Source: Euprymna scolopes (taxonomy: Eukaryota). Taken from it: DNA of 64,000 bases. Below, piece by piece: positions 26,712-39,030 of the stretch. The stretch lies in NCBI GenBank assembly GCA_053919585.1, contig CM132795.1, one strand, 5' to 3'. Below the pieces are notes generated by a model. The model did not search any database and was not told where the DNA came from. It saw nothing but the letters and a program-made list of their open reading frames with translations. Every line of letters starts with the position of its first letter. The first letter of the stretch is position 1. The translations under genes were made by a program, and so were the position numbers.

Positions 26712-27349
26712 TAATTAACTACTCAATATCTAACGATTAACAAACAGTTATCGACACAGTTAGTTGCATAGAAAATCCTGCATCTAACCCACACCTGTCC
26801 TTATGTCTAACTTCCTCGAGAATAAGTAAATAAATACTCGATTTGCTGACATGTTTCTTGATGGAAAATATTTCTAATAAGGGTTAATAGTAGTAATATG
26901 ACCGATTCCGATTTGCATAGCTTCAAGGCCTGTTATAAGTATTGCCTTGGTGGTATCGCAATGGAGAGCAGCTGGATACGGGATTCAGAAAATCGCAGAG
27001 CATTATTAAAGGAGGGAAAGGGCTTGACCATAGAGAGGGAAATAGGAAAGGAGATGAGATAGGATGGAACTCTGAAATAAAATTTCAATTAGTCATCTAC
27101 AGAAAAAAAGAAAAGAAAACAGTTAGATTTTACATATACATAGGCATACAATTTCAAAATAAAAATAAATAATAAACAAAGAGACAGTAAATCGACTACC
27201 AGTCATATCTTTGTTGGGTTTGTTTTCTCGTTAATTTTGTGCGGTACATTAACTGCTATACACCAGCATCTTCTGCTCCAGACATTTTGTTTCTATGTCT
27301 GTTTTTATAAAGGACGATGTGGAAGAAAAGCGCCTTCACAGCAACATAC

Positions 27350-27467
27350 CTCTTCGTATTTCCGTTCGGCCTCGTTCGCCGTCTGATTGTATTGTTTCAT
27401 CATATCTTCCAGGTAGCTGATTCTCTCATCGTCGCCGAGGGATCTGTTTTCTAGTGCTTTCTTCGCT
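27350..27467 (-). CDS. TPM: Tropomyosin alternative exon 125-164, variant B (118 nt)
   Basis: cccacacag|A GCG...GAG|gtatgt; (R)AKKALENRSLGDDERISYLEDMMKQYNQTANEAERKYEE; absent from the ORF track. Confidence 0.88.
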
Positions 27468-27541
27468 CTGTGTGGGGGTAAAAAACCGGATCAACAACAA
27501 AACGTGCATGCATACTAAGATTGCCACCAAATCAAACATAC

Positions 27542-27659
27542 CTCGTCGTACTTTTTCTGCGTTTCAGTAGCGAATAGCTCGGCCTCTTTACACTTCTGTT
27601 CCAATCTTGTAATATGGTCCTCATCCATGGAGCTGCGGTTCCTCAACACCTGGACAGCT
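27542..27659 (-). CDS. TPM: Tropomyosin alternative exon 125-164, variant A (118 nt)
   Basis: ggtggtag|A GCT...GAG|gtatgt; (R)AVQVLRNRSSMDEDHITRLEQKCKEAELFATETQKKYDE; no stops, same length and phase as variant D. Confidence 0.88.
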
Positions 27660-27966
27660 CTACCACCACAGCAAAAGCAGAACACACAGTCACATGCACA
27701 ATAGTTGATAGAAAGTGAATGACAAGGCAAAAAAAGAAATAACAAAACAGGTTCTTTTTTTTTTTTTGGTGGGTTAAAATTACATAGAGGATATGTATAA
27801 AAAAAAGATAGGTCGGTTATTTGTGTGAGGGTTTTTAGGAGTTCTACGTTTAGTGCATATATTTTATTTAAAAAAATCCGTCCCCCTAAAAAACGATACT
27901 ATCGATATCACACTAATAGCGATCTTTTTCATCAGATTCTTTTTAATATTCCGTTAGGTCGATATT

Positions 27967-28257
27967 TGGTTGGTTGGTTGTTTTTTTTTTGTTTTTTTTT
28001 TTTTTACGGCATATCAACCCTTTTCAGGTTATTTAATGCCGAATCTAGTGATTCAAAAGAAACTTTTTTTTAATAGAATATGTTTTTTTTTTTCAAGTCA
28101 GTTTCTATTTAACCCATAGTTGGGACCCTAACAAATACTACCACTCCGGGTCAGAGTGGACCTGGGAGCAATGGCAATTAAGGGGTAGCTCCACACTCGC
28201 CAAAGCCAACAAGCTGCGGCCTCACCATCAGATATAGTTTAAGGTCATACCCAGGAC
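27967..28257 (+). mobile_element. ~270-bp interspersed repeat, copy 2
   Basis: Direct copy of 2336-2606. Confidence 0.85.
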
Positions 28258-29272
28258 CTCGATGTTTGGTTTGTACTAAAAGGGCGGTTATAATTTTTTA
28301 TTTTTAATCGAAATCGCCCCCAGACAAAGCATGAAGCCACTTGATGTAAGGGGCTAGAAAAAGAAATGCTACTTTAAGTTAACAAATTAGCTAACTATAA
28401 GTGTTAGGTCGATTCCAACTCAGGAGCAGCAATTTCTCACCCTTTGTCAGAAACATCGTACATCGAATGCGAGGAGTAAAGGAGTAAATAAACAAAGTGA
28501 GAGTCAGGAGGCTGCCGAAAGTAAATTTTGCTCTTTTACGATATTCGAAAGCAATGCCATACTGAAGAAACAAAAACTAAATGTCAGACAAAAATTGCCC
28601 ATCATCTTCTGAATTGAAAAAGCAAACATAAGTTTTAAAGCGTATATTATTTTCGTTTAGTAAACTTCAAAAAGAACTTAAACTAAACTCGCTGACACAT
28701 ACACCATACATGCAGAAATAGCTTATTAGTCGCCAATCACCATAACTCATAACAAGCGCGACTTATGAAAAACAATAAATTTGGGCTGCTTCGCCATGTA
28801 CGTGTCCAACACATATCATTGCAGTCTCGTATAGATGACCTTTTGTAAAAAAAGTAGCGATCACACACGCGCAAATTCATGTCAAAATTATTAAAACAAG
28901 CATCGTATGCTACATATTCAGGACATGTTTCAGTTGTAACTTTAATAAACCACGACTTCATGCGACAAAAATAAATGTGCGTTCTCTATATTTCAAGATG
29001 GAATTTTTTCAGCCTGAAGACGTCGTTGCTTATTAAAGCTACATCTTAAACATATTCTGGGTGTGTAGCGACTCTGTTTGTTTAAATAAATTTTTTATTC
29101 TAAATAGCTCTGTTTAATACCGAGCACTATTATATAAACGCAGAAGAGATTCTCCAGACATTTTACCATGTGGATACTAATTAAACATAAATTTATATAT
29201 ATATATATATATATGACCACGAATGCAGACTTCAGATAATATACTCTTTGATCAAGATGAAATATATTCATC

Positions 29273-29338
<66 letters not shown>

Positions 29339-29489
29339 GGGGTATAAAATTCTATTTTCCGAACCTTTTGAGAAGTTCGTGAACAGATAGCAACTTCGAA
29401 ATTATAACCATAAAATAGAGACTGGCCGAATACAGAAATGTCTGTCGAGCCAGTAACTTTTCTCTTTTCTTTTCCAAATAACAACCCCC

Positions 29490-29620
29490 ATGCCTGAAGA
29501 CGATCGAAGGGCGATCCGACCGAAACGTTACACAAATAACACTCAAGATGAGAACAATAGTCCGATCAATACAATTAATATAAACAATCAGGCCTCATCT
29601 AAAACATTCAAAACGTTACA
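29490..29620 (+). mobile_element. Repeat with degenerate hammerhead-like core, Penelope-terminus-like
   Basis: CTGAAGA...CGACCGAAACGTT; related copy at ~54325-54440. Confidence 0.45.
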
Positions 29621-31284
29621 ATTTATATAATATTAGTCGTTACAGCAACTTGCTCTCTGAATGTAATAAACTGGTCGCTCTTAAAATTTATCTCTAACCA
29701 AATAGAGATTTTTTATCGTCATAATAATGACTGATTTCAATCCGTATCCGAGCACAAGTCAGCACAAAAATGTCAAATATATAATATCAAATATGTTTAG
29801 ACATTTATTGATACGTTAAGAATGCTCGTACCCTGAACAAACTAACTGAATGTACGTAATTATACGTTTGATATCTATATTTAAAAAAAATATTTTGAAA
29901 GCTACAGTGATAAAGTTGATTAAAAATAATATATATGCACTAAAAGTAGAACCGAGAAACAGGTTCTTTTTTTATTATTTGAAAGTTATTTTTAAGCAAA
30001 CAAAGCAGGAATTATTCTTTTAAGTTTTAAAATTTAGAAATGTGGAAAAAAAATTTTTTTAATGAATTGAAAGCAAGTTTAAATGAAGAAGTTAAAAAAG
30101 AAGTAATGTTGGTTTTGAATTAAAATTAAGATTTATTGTTTTACCTCACGTATACAAATGTACATTTTTAAAATCATTGTTATGTTTAATCATAATTTGT
30201 GTTGAAAAAAATGTAAAATAAATAGACAATATTTGTTTGTGCTTACATTAACAAAGATCAAATGATAAATAACTATTTTGAATTAAAGGTTATACTGTAT
30301 AATTTATATAACATCAAAACAGAATGATCTCATTGTTCTTTTATGCCCTTTGACCTAACAATGATTTAAATGGAAATACAAACGTTTATTCAAAAATACT
30401 TTAAAACGTTTGAAATTTATTTATAATGAAATTATGCTTGTAGAGCAGGAATTTTCAATCAATGGAAATTTAGAGCTGCAATGAGACGCTTAAGAAAATA
30501 TTACATTTTAAAGATCATAATTGAATTTATTTCAATCCCACAGTGAGAGAAGGATCGAAAAGTGGAATTGAAATATCAGCGTCCCTGAGGAGGAGCATTC
30601 TGACCCTGCAAAAGATACTTGGGCAGCCCGGTCGATATTTCCCGATAGAGGCGCCTCAGGTGACTAATAATAAATTAATCCATTCTCATCGAGAGAAGGC
30701 AAAGGCTGTGAGATGGACCTCCTAGAACTGCACAGAGTCAGCATCATATTGCAATCAACATAATGATCTATGCTGTTGATTTTGGGATCGCGGGCCAAAG
30801 TCCCCGACATGATTGAAATATGGGAAGCTGGGTAATCCGATACATAAGGTCAAATATCACGGCATTTGACCGATTGGATAATGTGGAGGCGGTTTTGTTT
30901 GTTGTTCTAACAGCAACGAAGAAAGAGGTTTCGACTGTGAATGTCAGCATTATACGCAGCAACGCTCAAAAGGCTAATTTATTTCGTTATGAATCCTTAA
31001 CTCGGCAGAATTTCTCAAGTACGTCACCATTAAAGGCGTTCTTGAGACGCATATTTGCCATTTACTCGCGTGATTTTGAAAATTGAAAACCGCTTGGAAG
31101 ATTTGCTATAAGTAAGACAAATAAAATTATACGTTGTGCAATATTTTTGTCATTGCAAAATCTGCATTCCACATAATATTCAAGAATTTTTTTTCCATAA
31201 CTTCAGGCGTGTAATCTATTTCCGCACACATTTTACAATAGCAGTATGTTTGCGGGTGTATTTAGCAGTATAAACAAAACAAAA

Positions 31285-31560
31285 TTTATTGGGTGGGTTG
31301 GATTCCTACCAGTATTTTTGGTTAATTTTCGAGTTTTCATCGATTATGGAAACTCCCCAGATAGCTGTCTCATATCAGACATTTTGTCCTGAGACAATTC
31401 TGTTTTGAAGTAAATGCTTTAAAAATAAGTTAAACAACAAAAAAGCTTATTGAGGTAGGCAGAAAAGAGTTATTTATCTTGCCTTTGGTAACATTTATTT
31501 GTTATATATTTCTTGTTTTACCACGTTTTCATTTTGTTGTCTACACAGCAAAATGTCTGT
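31285..31560. mobile_element. Single-arm copy of the 24075-24655 foldback family
   Basis: Colinear with 24355-24640 (ATTTATTGGGT, CCCCAGATA, AATAAGTTAAA, TGGTAACATTTATTTGTTA). Confidence 0.7.
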
Positions 31561-32339
31561 TCTCTTGTTTTAAAATATGTGATAGGCTTGTTGCTTATTG
31601 ATGGTCTTAAATACATCATACTGTCGTTAACCAGTCGTGTGTCAGAGATCAATACGAAGAGAAATTCGTTTTTGCGTTGGAATCTTGGAACCGACTTGGC
31701 AGATAACAGAAAATAAGGACTTAAACACATGTGGCCCTAGAGATCTTACGTGTCGTTGTTCTAAATTTATAAAATAAATAAAGCTTTAATTGAGGAAAAT
31801 AAAAAGTTGTTTATTATTATTAGAAAGGCTTTTCAAAGAAAAAGCTATCATTTTAAGTAGATTTAATTGAAGCATTTGTTTTTCTTGTTAGTTTTTCTTT
31901 GTGGGGGACAATATTGCAATAAACATGAAAAGCAAAACCCAGTGAATTGCTCTTTAAAAAGCGTTTGGGGTGTAAAGCTAGGTTGAACAAAAAATTTAAA
32001 AAAACACAACAAAAACAAAACAAACAAAGCACTATAGCATACAAAAAAAAACGGTTATTGTTTTTAGAAATGTGAAATTTCTATCTAAAGAAACTAATTG
32101 TGAAAACCAGGATGCTGCCAACAAAAATGTTACAACAAAAAACTTGTGCAACAACTAAAGAACTACTACAACAAAAACAGATCATTTAATTGTTTTACTA
32201 TGACTAAAACAAGCATTTTAAGCGGTTCACCCAAATCGCTGCAAGCGTATAATTCCTCATTCGAACTAAATTTACCAAAGCTTCTTAAATCATTTACACG
32301 AAAAAGCACAGTAAAGTAGCACGTTAAGCGCCAATGAAG

Positions 32340-33145
32340 CTTGAAATTTGACGTTTGCAATTTGGGAGAGAGCTGTCAAAATTACATCTCTGCAATAAGT
32401 TGGGAGGGTCTCAAAATTCAACTTTTACAATTGGGGAACCGTCAAGATGTGATCTTTGCAATTGGAGAGGTAGCATCAAATATTTGATCTTTGTAATTGG
32501 AGGAGGACAGAAAAATTCAATTATTGCTATTGGGGAAGGGACATCAAAATTTGATTTTTGTAATTGGAGTAGGGACATCCAAAGTCGATCCTTGCAATTG
32601 AAAAAGGGACGTAAAATTTCGATCTTTGCAATTGGAAAAGGGACGTCAAATTTCGATCTTTGCAATCGGAAAAGGGGCGTCAAATTTCGATCTTTGCAAT
32701 TGGAGAAGGGACGTCAAAATTTCGATCTTTGCAATTGGAGAAGAAACGTCAAAATTTTATCTTTAAAATTGGGGAAGGAACGTCAAAATTTTATCTTTAA
32801 AATTGGGGAAGGAACATCACAATTTGATCTTTGCAATTGGGCAAGGAACATCAAAATTTGATCTTTGCAATTGGAGCAAGGACATCAATTACAATCACAA
32901 TCTTGTAATTGAAGAAGGAATTCAAAATTCTATATTTGCAATTGGATAAGGACATCAAAATTTGATCTTTGCAATTGGGCAAGGAACATCAAAATTTGAT
33001 CTGTGCAATTGGAGCAAGGACATCAAAATTTGATCCTTGTAATTGGAGAAGGGACATCAAAATTCTATATTTGCAATTGGAGAAGGGACATCAAAATTCG
33101 ATCCTTGTAATTGGAAAGGGACAACAAAATTTGATCTTTGCTATT
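32340..33145. repeat. Degenerate ~34-35-bp minisatellite, over 20 copies
   Basis: Consensus approximately TTTGCAATTGGAGAAGGGACATCAAAATTTGATC. Confidence 0.92.
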
Positions 33146-34269
33146 CATGGGGAGATGGCGTAAAAATTTTTTCAGTATTTTCATTTAGGGACGTAAAAAT
33201 TTACTTTTGTTAGCAGAGTTTGTCTTCAAACTAAGTTTATTCAGATACGCCCCCCCCCCTGTTTACATGTTAATTTTATTTTCATGTTATCTTTTGTAAA
33301 TTTTACCCAAAAATATCTGGGCACTACTTAATTCAGGTAAATAGACATTCTTTACTTGCCAAGGTCAGTGCAAGTAATAAAATTAATCTTTTTATAGTGC
33401 CTGAGAAATGTTGGCAAAACTGGTTGGCATTCCACCGTGTCAAGTTTTAAGATTTCTACTCTATTTCTACTTAAAATTAACATTTTCGTTTGTAGTTATT
33501 AGATTTGATCGTTAATGGGGTCAGTATTTAAGGGAGTGGAATGTTAAACGGAAATTAGATATTAAATAAGTTAAAAGCTTTCAATGGGAAAATTCAAACA
33601 ATATTTTAGGTGGGGGGTATAACATTGTAAAAGCGTGCACGTGTTATCCATAGTTCTGATCATCATCATATTCTATGAATTCGAAGATTTTATTGTGGGC
33701 ATTGGTTTCACCGATATTTTTTCCAGTCATAATTCTTTCTAGAAAGACATCGGGTGCTTAAAAGAGGGACCACGTGAAGGTAGCAAACATTCTAAGTGAA
33801 AGTGATTTTTTGTGGAACGAACTAGATTCGAACTTGGAAACATCCAGGTTGTCAATCAATGTCATTAACTACTTGCCCACGGTCGCCTCCCATAATCCTG
33901 CTAATGAGAGGGGGGGGGTCACATAAAAAGAAAACAAAAAAAAATAACGTGGTTTTATTAGTGCTATTCATTTCTTTAAGACTTTCTTAAAGCATTTTAC
34001 AAGTTAAAGAATAAACCGTAGAAGCGCACAAAGCAGCTAAGGTATTAATAACTCGGGTGTTTTAAAAGGGTATCTTTCAACCAGATTTCAATCGGTTATG
34101 ACATTGTTGGTTTACTGAACTTAATAGTACACACTGATAACAGCTATTTACCTACCTTTCCACATGGGAATAATGTGACGTGGTCAATTTCATGTAGATA
34201 AAGCCCAGTGCATAATTACCATAATGCATAATTAATTAAGGTACTCACCAAAAGATTGGAAAGACTGTA

Positions 34270-34580
34270 CGTACACCCGTATGGTATGAACAATGTTAAA
34301 TATATATTGGCAAGATCATTCCACGAAGCAGCAACTTTATGGCAACCTACCTGCCATATCTACTACACACAGGGAGCGACATCTACGATTTGCCGGTCAC
34401 TGCCAGAGGAGCAAGCAAGAGCTGGTGAGAAATATATTGCTGTAGACTCAATGGCACGGGCGCACGAGCATAGAACGACCTAAATTCACGTACATCCAGC
34501 ACAGGATGCCAACTGTGATCCTGAAGAACTGAGGCAGCTGACAGAAGACAACCAGAAGATAGATAGTATAAAAGGCACTC
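34270..34580 (+). mobile_element. Degenerate RTE-like LINE 3' fragment
   Basis: FAGHCQRSKQELVRNILL*TQWHGRTSIERPKFTYIQ matches the GHCxR...GRPxxTY C-terminal pattern. Confidence 0.65.
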
Positions 34581-37322
34581 AAGACCAGTTGGAAAAATTG
34601 CCTGTAAGATCATTCGCAATTGTTTTCAGAAGTCAGTGCGCCTCAAGCTACAGACGATAAACATATCTTTCCCTTTTTAGAAGGAAGCATTGTCTGGGAA
34701 TATGATCTCCAATCACTAAACCAAAATGACCACAAAACACTGATAAACTCTCATCCATAGAATTAATCTATTTTTCGGTATATCAACCACTTATGCATTA
34801 TTCATTTATAAACAATTTATTTAAGAAAGAGTTGTATTTTATCCATAGCTGGAAAGCAAGTAATGACTTTCCAATAGTTCCTTGCGTAAGTATGCACAAG
34901 AAATGCCATGGAATTTTAGCTCATCCCATGATATTGAAATCGGGGAAAAGAATACATGCTTCAAGATGCCTGCTACATCGCTTAAATTACTGACGCTTGA
35001 CATGACGCTTAATCTAAGATAAAAACCGCAAAGAGCAAAGGAGGTAGGGAGGCCAAAATGCAATTAAGTTCTTTAGCTTTTGTGCCAAAAATGGCGAACG
35101 TTTGTGAAAAACGTTCAAGAGGCAGGCATGTAGTTCTAAAGTAATAATTAACGAGGCATATAATTTGAATGGCAAAAGAGTCTTGGACTAAATGAGTGGA
35201 TGAAAGCCATAATGCAAGTAATTAAGGCCGTTGTTTACTAAAATAACATAAAAAATAAGTTTCACTTCGACGAATGCTAACTTGTTATCAAAAATATGAT
35301 CAACAAAGGCAGATTAGCATGCGTTAAAAAAAATCACACGTCTGCAAGTGTCATCACTTAAAAAAAAAATGATTGATCTGAAATCAGTTTTCGGACACCA
35401 TGTTGCTGCAATAACGTTTATCCAAGTCGAATTGAGTCACTACTACTGACCCACACTGCATCTCAAATATGGCGGTTCATGCACGGCGATCATGAGCAAA
35501 GTCGCATGAAATGTCTAATAAATTGCGATTCCACGTTCAAAAGTTTGTAGATCCGAGAATTTAACCTTCTTGCTGCATCCAATCCAGGTTCTCAGCTGTC
35601 CATCGACAAGATTGCACCACACAAACAAAGAAGTAGGGGGGCATTACAGTGTTAATTAGGTTTCTTTCTCATGAACTGTATTCCTCAAGTATTCATTTTT
35701 AGAGTGCTCAATATATAGCAGAGTTTAATAAATAATAATAATAATAATAATGATACAGACTGAGGAAATAAAGCACTATCTATTGGCAGAGTACTACAAA
35801 TAGAGAGGGAGGTTTATTGCCACTCATCCCCCAATAAAAACGACAATAGTCGTTTTTATTCAATGGTGAACGGTTGATGCGATTATCCAAAGCGCAAAAC
35901 GATTCGCAACATTTTTTGAAAGCATCAGAGAGTGCTGAAAATCTGGAGAGACGTATTATCACTCAGACTCCAAGGAACACCACTTTTTTTTTATTGTCAC
36001 TGATGCTGGCTCGCTTAGTGAGAATACTTAGTGAGCAAAATAATATTAGGCAAACAACTAGCTGGATGGATCGGATTTTAAATTGTAAGTGTTTCTTATG
36101 GTTAGACTTCTATTTCTCATAAGGAGTGTAAAGTAGATTATTGAACTTTTGGACGGAGAGATTATCGTTGTAGGAATGGGCAACCTCGGTCAAACGTTGT
36201 CGGTAGGGGCATGAAATACAAGGGAATGATAACTACAAGAGAAAAAATAGCTAAGGCGAATAAAATAAATACGGCATGCAAAAAAACAAAAAAAAAGTGG
36301 TGGCGTTTGCGTGCTTTCAATAAGGTGAACAGAAGCGAATACTTTTGAAAAATTGAAAAAGAAAATCATGGTGGCAACGACTTGATCTAATAATGTATAC
36401 ATTGCAGACAATAAATCTATATATAAATATATATACATGAGGCTCAATAAAGACAACATTTATAATAATAATAGTTGCAAATGTTCAAATCAACACAACG
36501 AATATCAAGGGCATTGCAATTGCTAAAATGGCCAACCGTCCTGGTGCATTCTGGGAAATAGCTATGCGCATGGAAGAAACAGGACTTTACTTTGGCAAAC
36601 ATGGCGAAGTATCTTTCATTGTAATATTGCATCGAACTAATGTTGTACTGAACAGATTACTAATAAGCACAGAACGACAGGGAACAAAGAGATAATTACA
36701 TATTACAAGCCTTGATGTGTTAGCAAGCCAATGCGTATAAGTATACAGTCAAATATGTAATAAAGTTTTATTTAAAAATTAGGAAAATTATAATACATTA
36801 AACATTTCGTTGCCTTAAATGCAGATGTGTTTTTTTTTTTTGTTTTTTTGTTTCAGAGAAAATATTTTCTAGTTAAAAATTGATCCAATAGTTATGAAAA
36901 TAAAATGTTGAGCATAAAAATATTTTTTAATGTAGTATCATACTGTAATACTCACAGGCGTTATCTTCTCCTTTCGTAGAAGAAGTCATCCTAGATATCA
37001 CTTCCTCTATTTTGGAGTACGTCTTCTGTTATTGTTACCAGGCATTAACACCCACTTTTTGTGGGGAAGGAAGAGAGGAAAAAGCTTGCCAGGTTTTATT
37101 TCCTCCCTTTGGAGTAGTAGAGTACATTATACATTCTTCCTGGGCATTATCTGAGTATAATGTTTCCCTCTTTTTTTGTTTAAGTAGAGGATAATGTACT
37201 ATCTATTATGTTGCCATGATGTCATGCTCCCAGGCATTATCCTCTCCTTTGCGGGTCAGCTCTCAGCATAGCAAATATACGCTCTCACCTGTCGCGCATA
37301 TTATTTTAATTATTATAGTAAA

Positions 37323-37375
<53 letters not shown>

Positions 37376-37677
37376 ATTTTATCCTTCACCAGACTATCCA
37401 TTCACGTGAAATCACCTTTTTCCTCACCCTATTCCCTCTGCTTCACTATTTATTACCAAGTAAGATCTATGACTTGCTTGTAGTTTCATCAAATACATTT
37501 GCAAGCAAAATCCAATCCCACATTTTGCTAAATCCTATCCTCTGATGAGAAGGAAAGTATTTCTTCGAAACTCCGCGGATTAAGGACTATCCACTTATTT
37601 TGTGCACCCTTTTAAAAATTAAATGTTTTTAACTCTTTTTCAAAGTGTTTTTTAACAGGTTTTATTAACTACTTGTT

Positions 37678-37736
<59 letters not shown>

Positions 37737-38016
37737 ATAATCTTTTAAATGCTGTCATTCTAATGAATTATATTTTCGACCGTCACCTACGACCTTCATC
37801 AATTTAATGAGAATATGTGTACGGTGGGTACTGATGGCAGGGAAAAAGAGTATAGCTTATAACAGGAAGAAATGCTTATATGGCTAGTACACACACGCAC
37901 ACACAGGTACGCACACATATGTGTTTGTGTGTGCGTGCTTACAATATCATACGATTATGTACTGATTCGCCATTTTCGGTTTTACCATTTCCTATGAAGT
38001 AGACAAAATGTAATAA

Positions 38017-38078
<62 letters not shown>

Positions 38079-38879
38079 AGTTAAAATTACAAATTATGAT
38101 TTACAAAATTCATTGTTTGTACACAAAGAAAAGATAGTTAATTATTTTCTTATTCCATCGAGTTTCAAAAATTTGCCTTTTTTCTTCAGACGAAACCGAT
38201 TAGCAAAGGAAGCTAACATTATAGAAGAATATTTAAATGAGGTTCATGCGTTCAAATATTGTCAAATGGATAATGCGATCAAAGAATTGATTGCGTTTTA
38301 CAAAAATCAAAATATAACTCAATTAAGAGAGTAAATCTTAGACAAGCTATAGGCTCAAGATCTTTTTGGATAAAGCTATATATCTAACAAGGGAAAAATT
38401 GTCCCTGGGTGTACACTTTAATACAGTTTCATGGTATTACCGATTGTCAGCAGTGTACATGACTGATTGCTAACATTTTTTTTAATGAAAAATGTAAGTA
38501 AAACGATAAATGGGGGAGTGAATGTTTTTAAAACGATTTAAACCATGACGCAAATATGGGAATTTTGAAACATCACTTAAAACAAAGACTTTCTGTCACA
38601 CAAAGGCTTGTAAATAAATTGACATTTCAAAGAAAAGAAAAACAAATGAAAACAATACAATGACAAAGCTTAGAACACATTTCTAACAAGATTCTTCAGA
38701 AAAATAATGACAATAATATTCTAAGATGTATTTGTAGCAAAAAGAAACAAGCAACAACAACAAAAATATCGTCAATCTATAAAAGCAAATTGATGTCGAC
38801 ACAAAGGCAGAAAATATTCAACTAATTAAAATGAATCTATTGTCCAATTTTGTGTTTAAAAAAAATACTTTAAAAAAAT

Positions 38880-39030
38880 ACTCCCGACAAACCCGACAAG
38901 CAGCTAAATCCCACCCCTACACTGTAGAGATTCTAGGTGTAAGAAAGCCTTCTACTCCAATAGTCCCCCCAGAACTGCTAGACTTTGGAACTCTCTTCCG
39001 AGATTCTTTTTTCCCAAAGGAAAAATGTTT
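38880..39030 (+). mobile_element. LINE 3' end fragment, same family as 53030
   Basis: CGACAAACCCGACAAGCAGCTAAATCCCACCCC block shared with 53041. Confidence 0.7.

Noticed and set aside
32355-33163. Repetitive ORFs (168 aa and others) resembling a repeat protein
   Set aside because: Derived from the 34-35-bp minisatellite with frame-shifting unit lengths.
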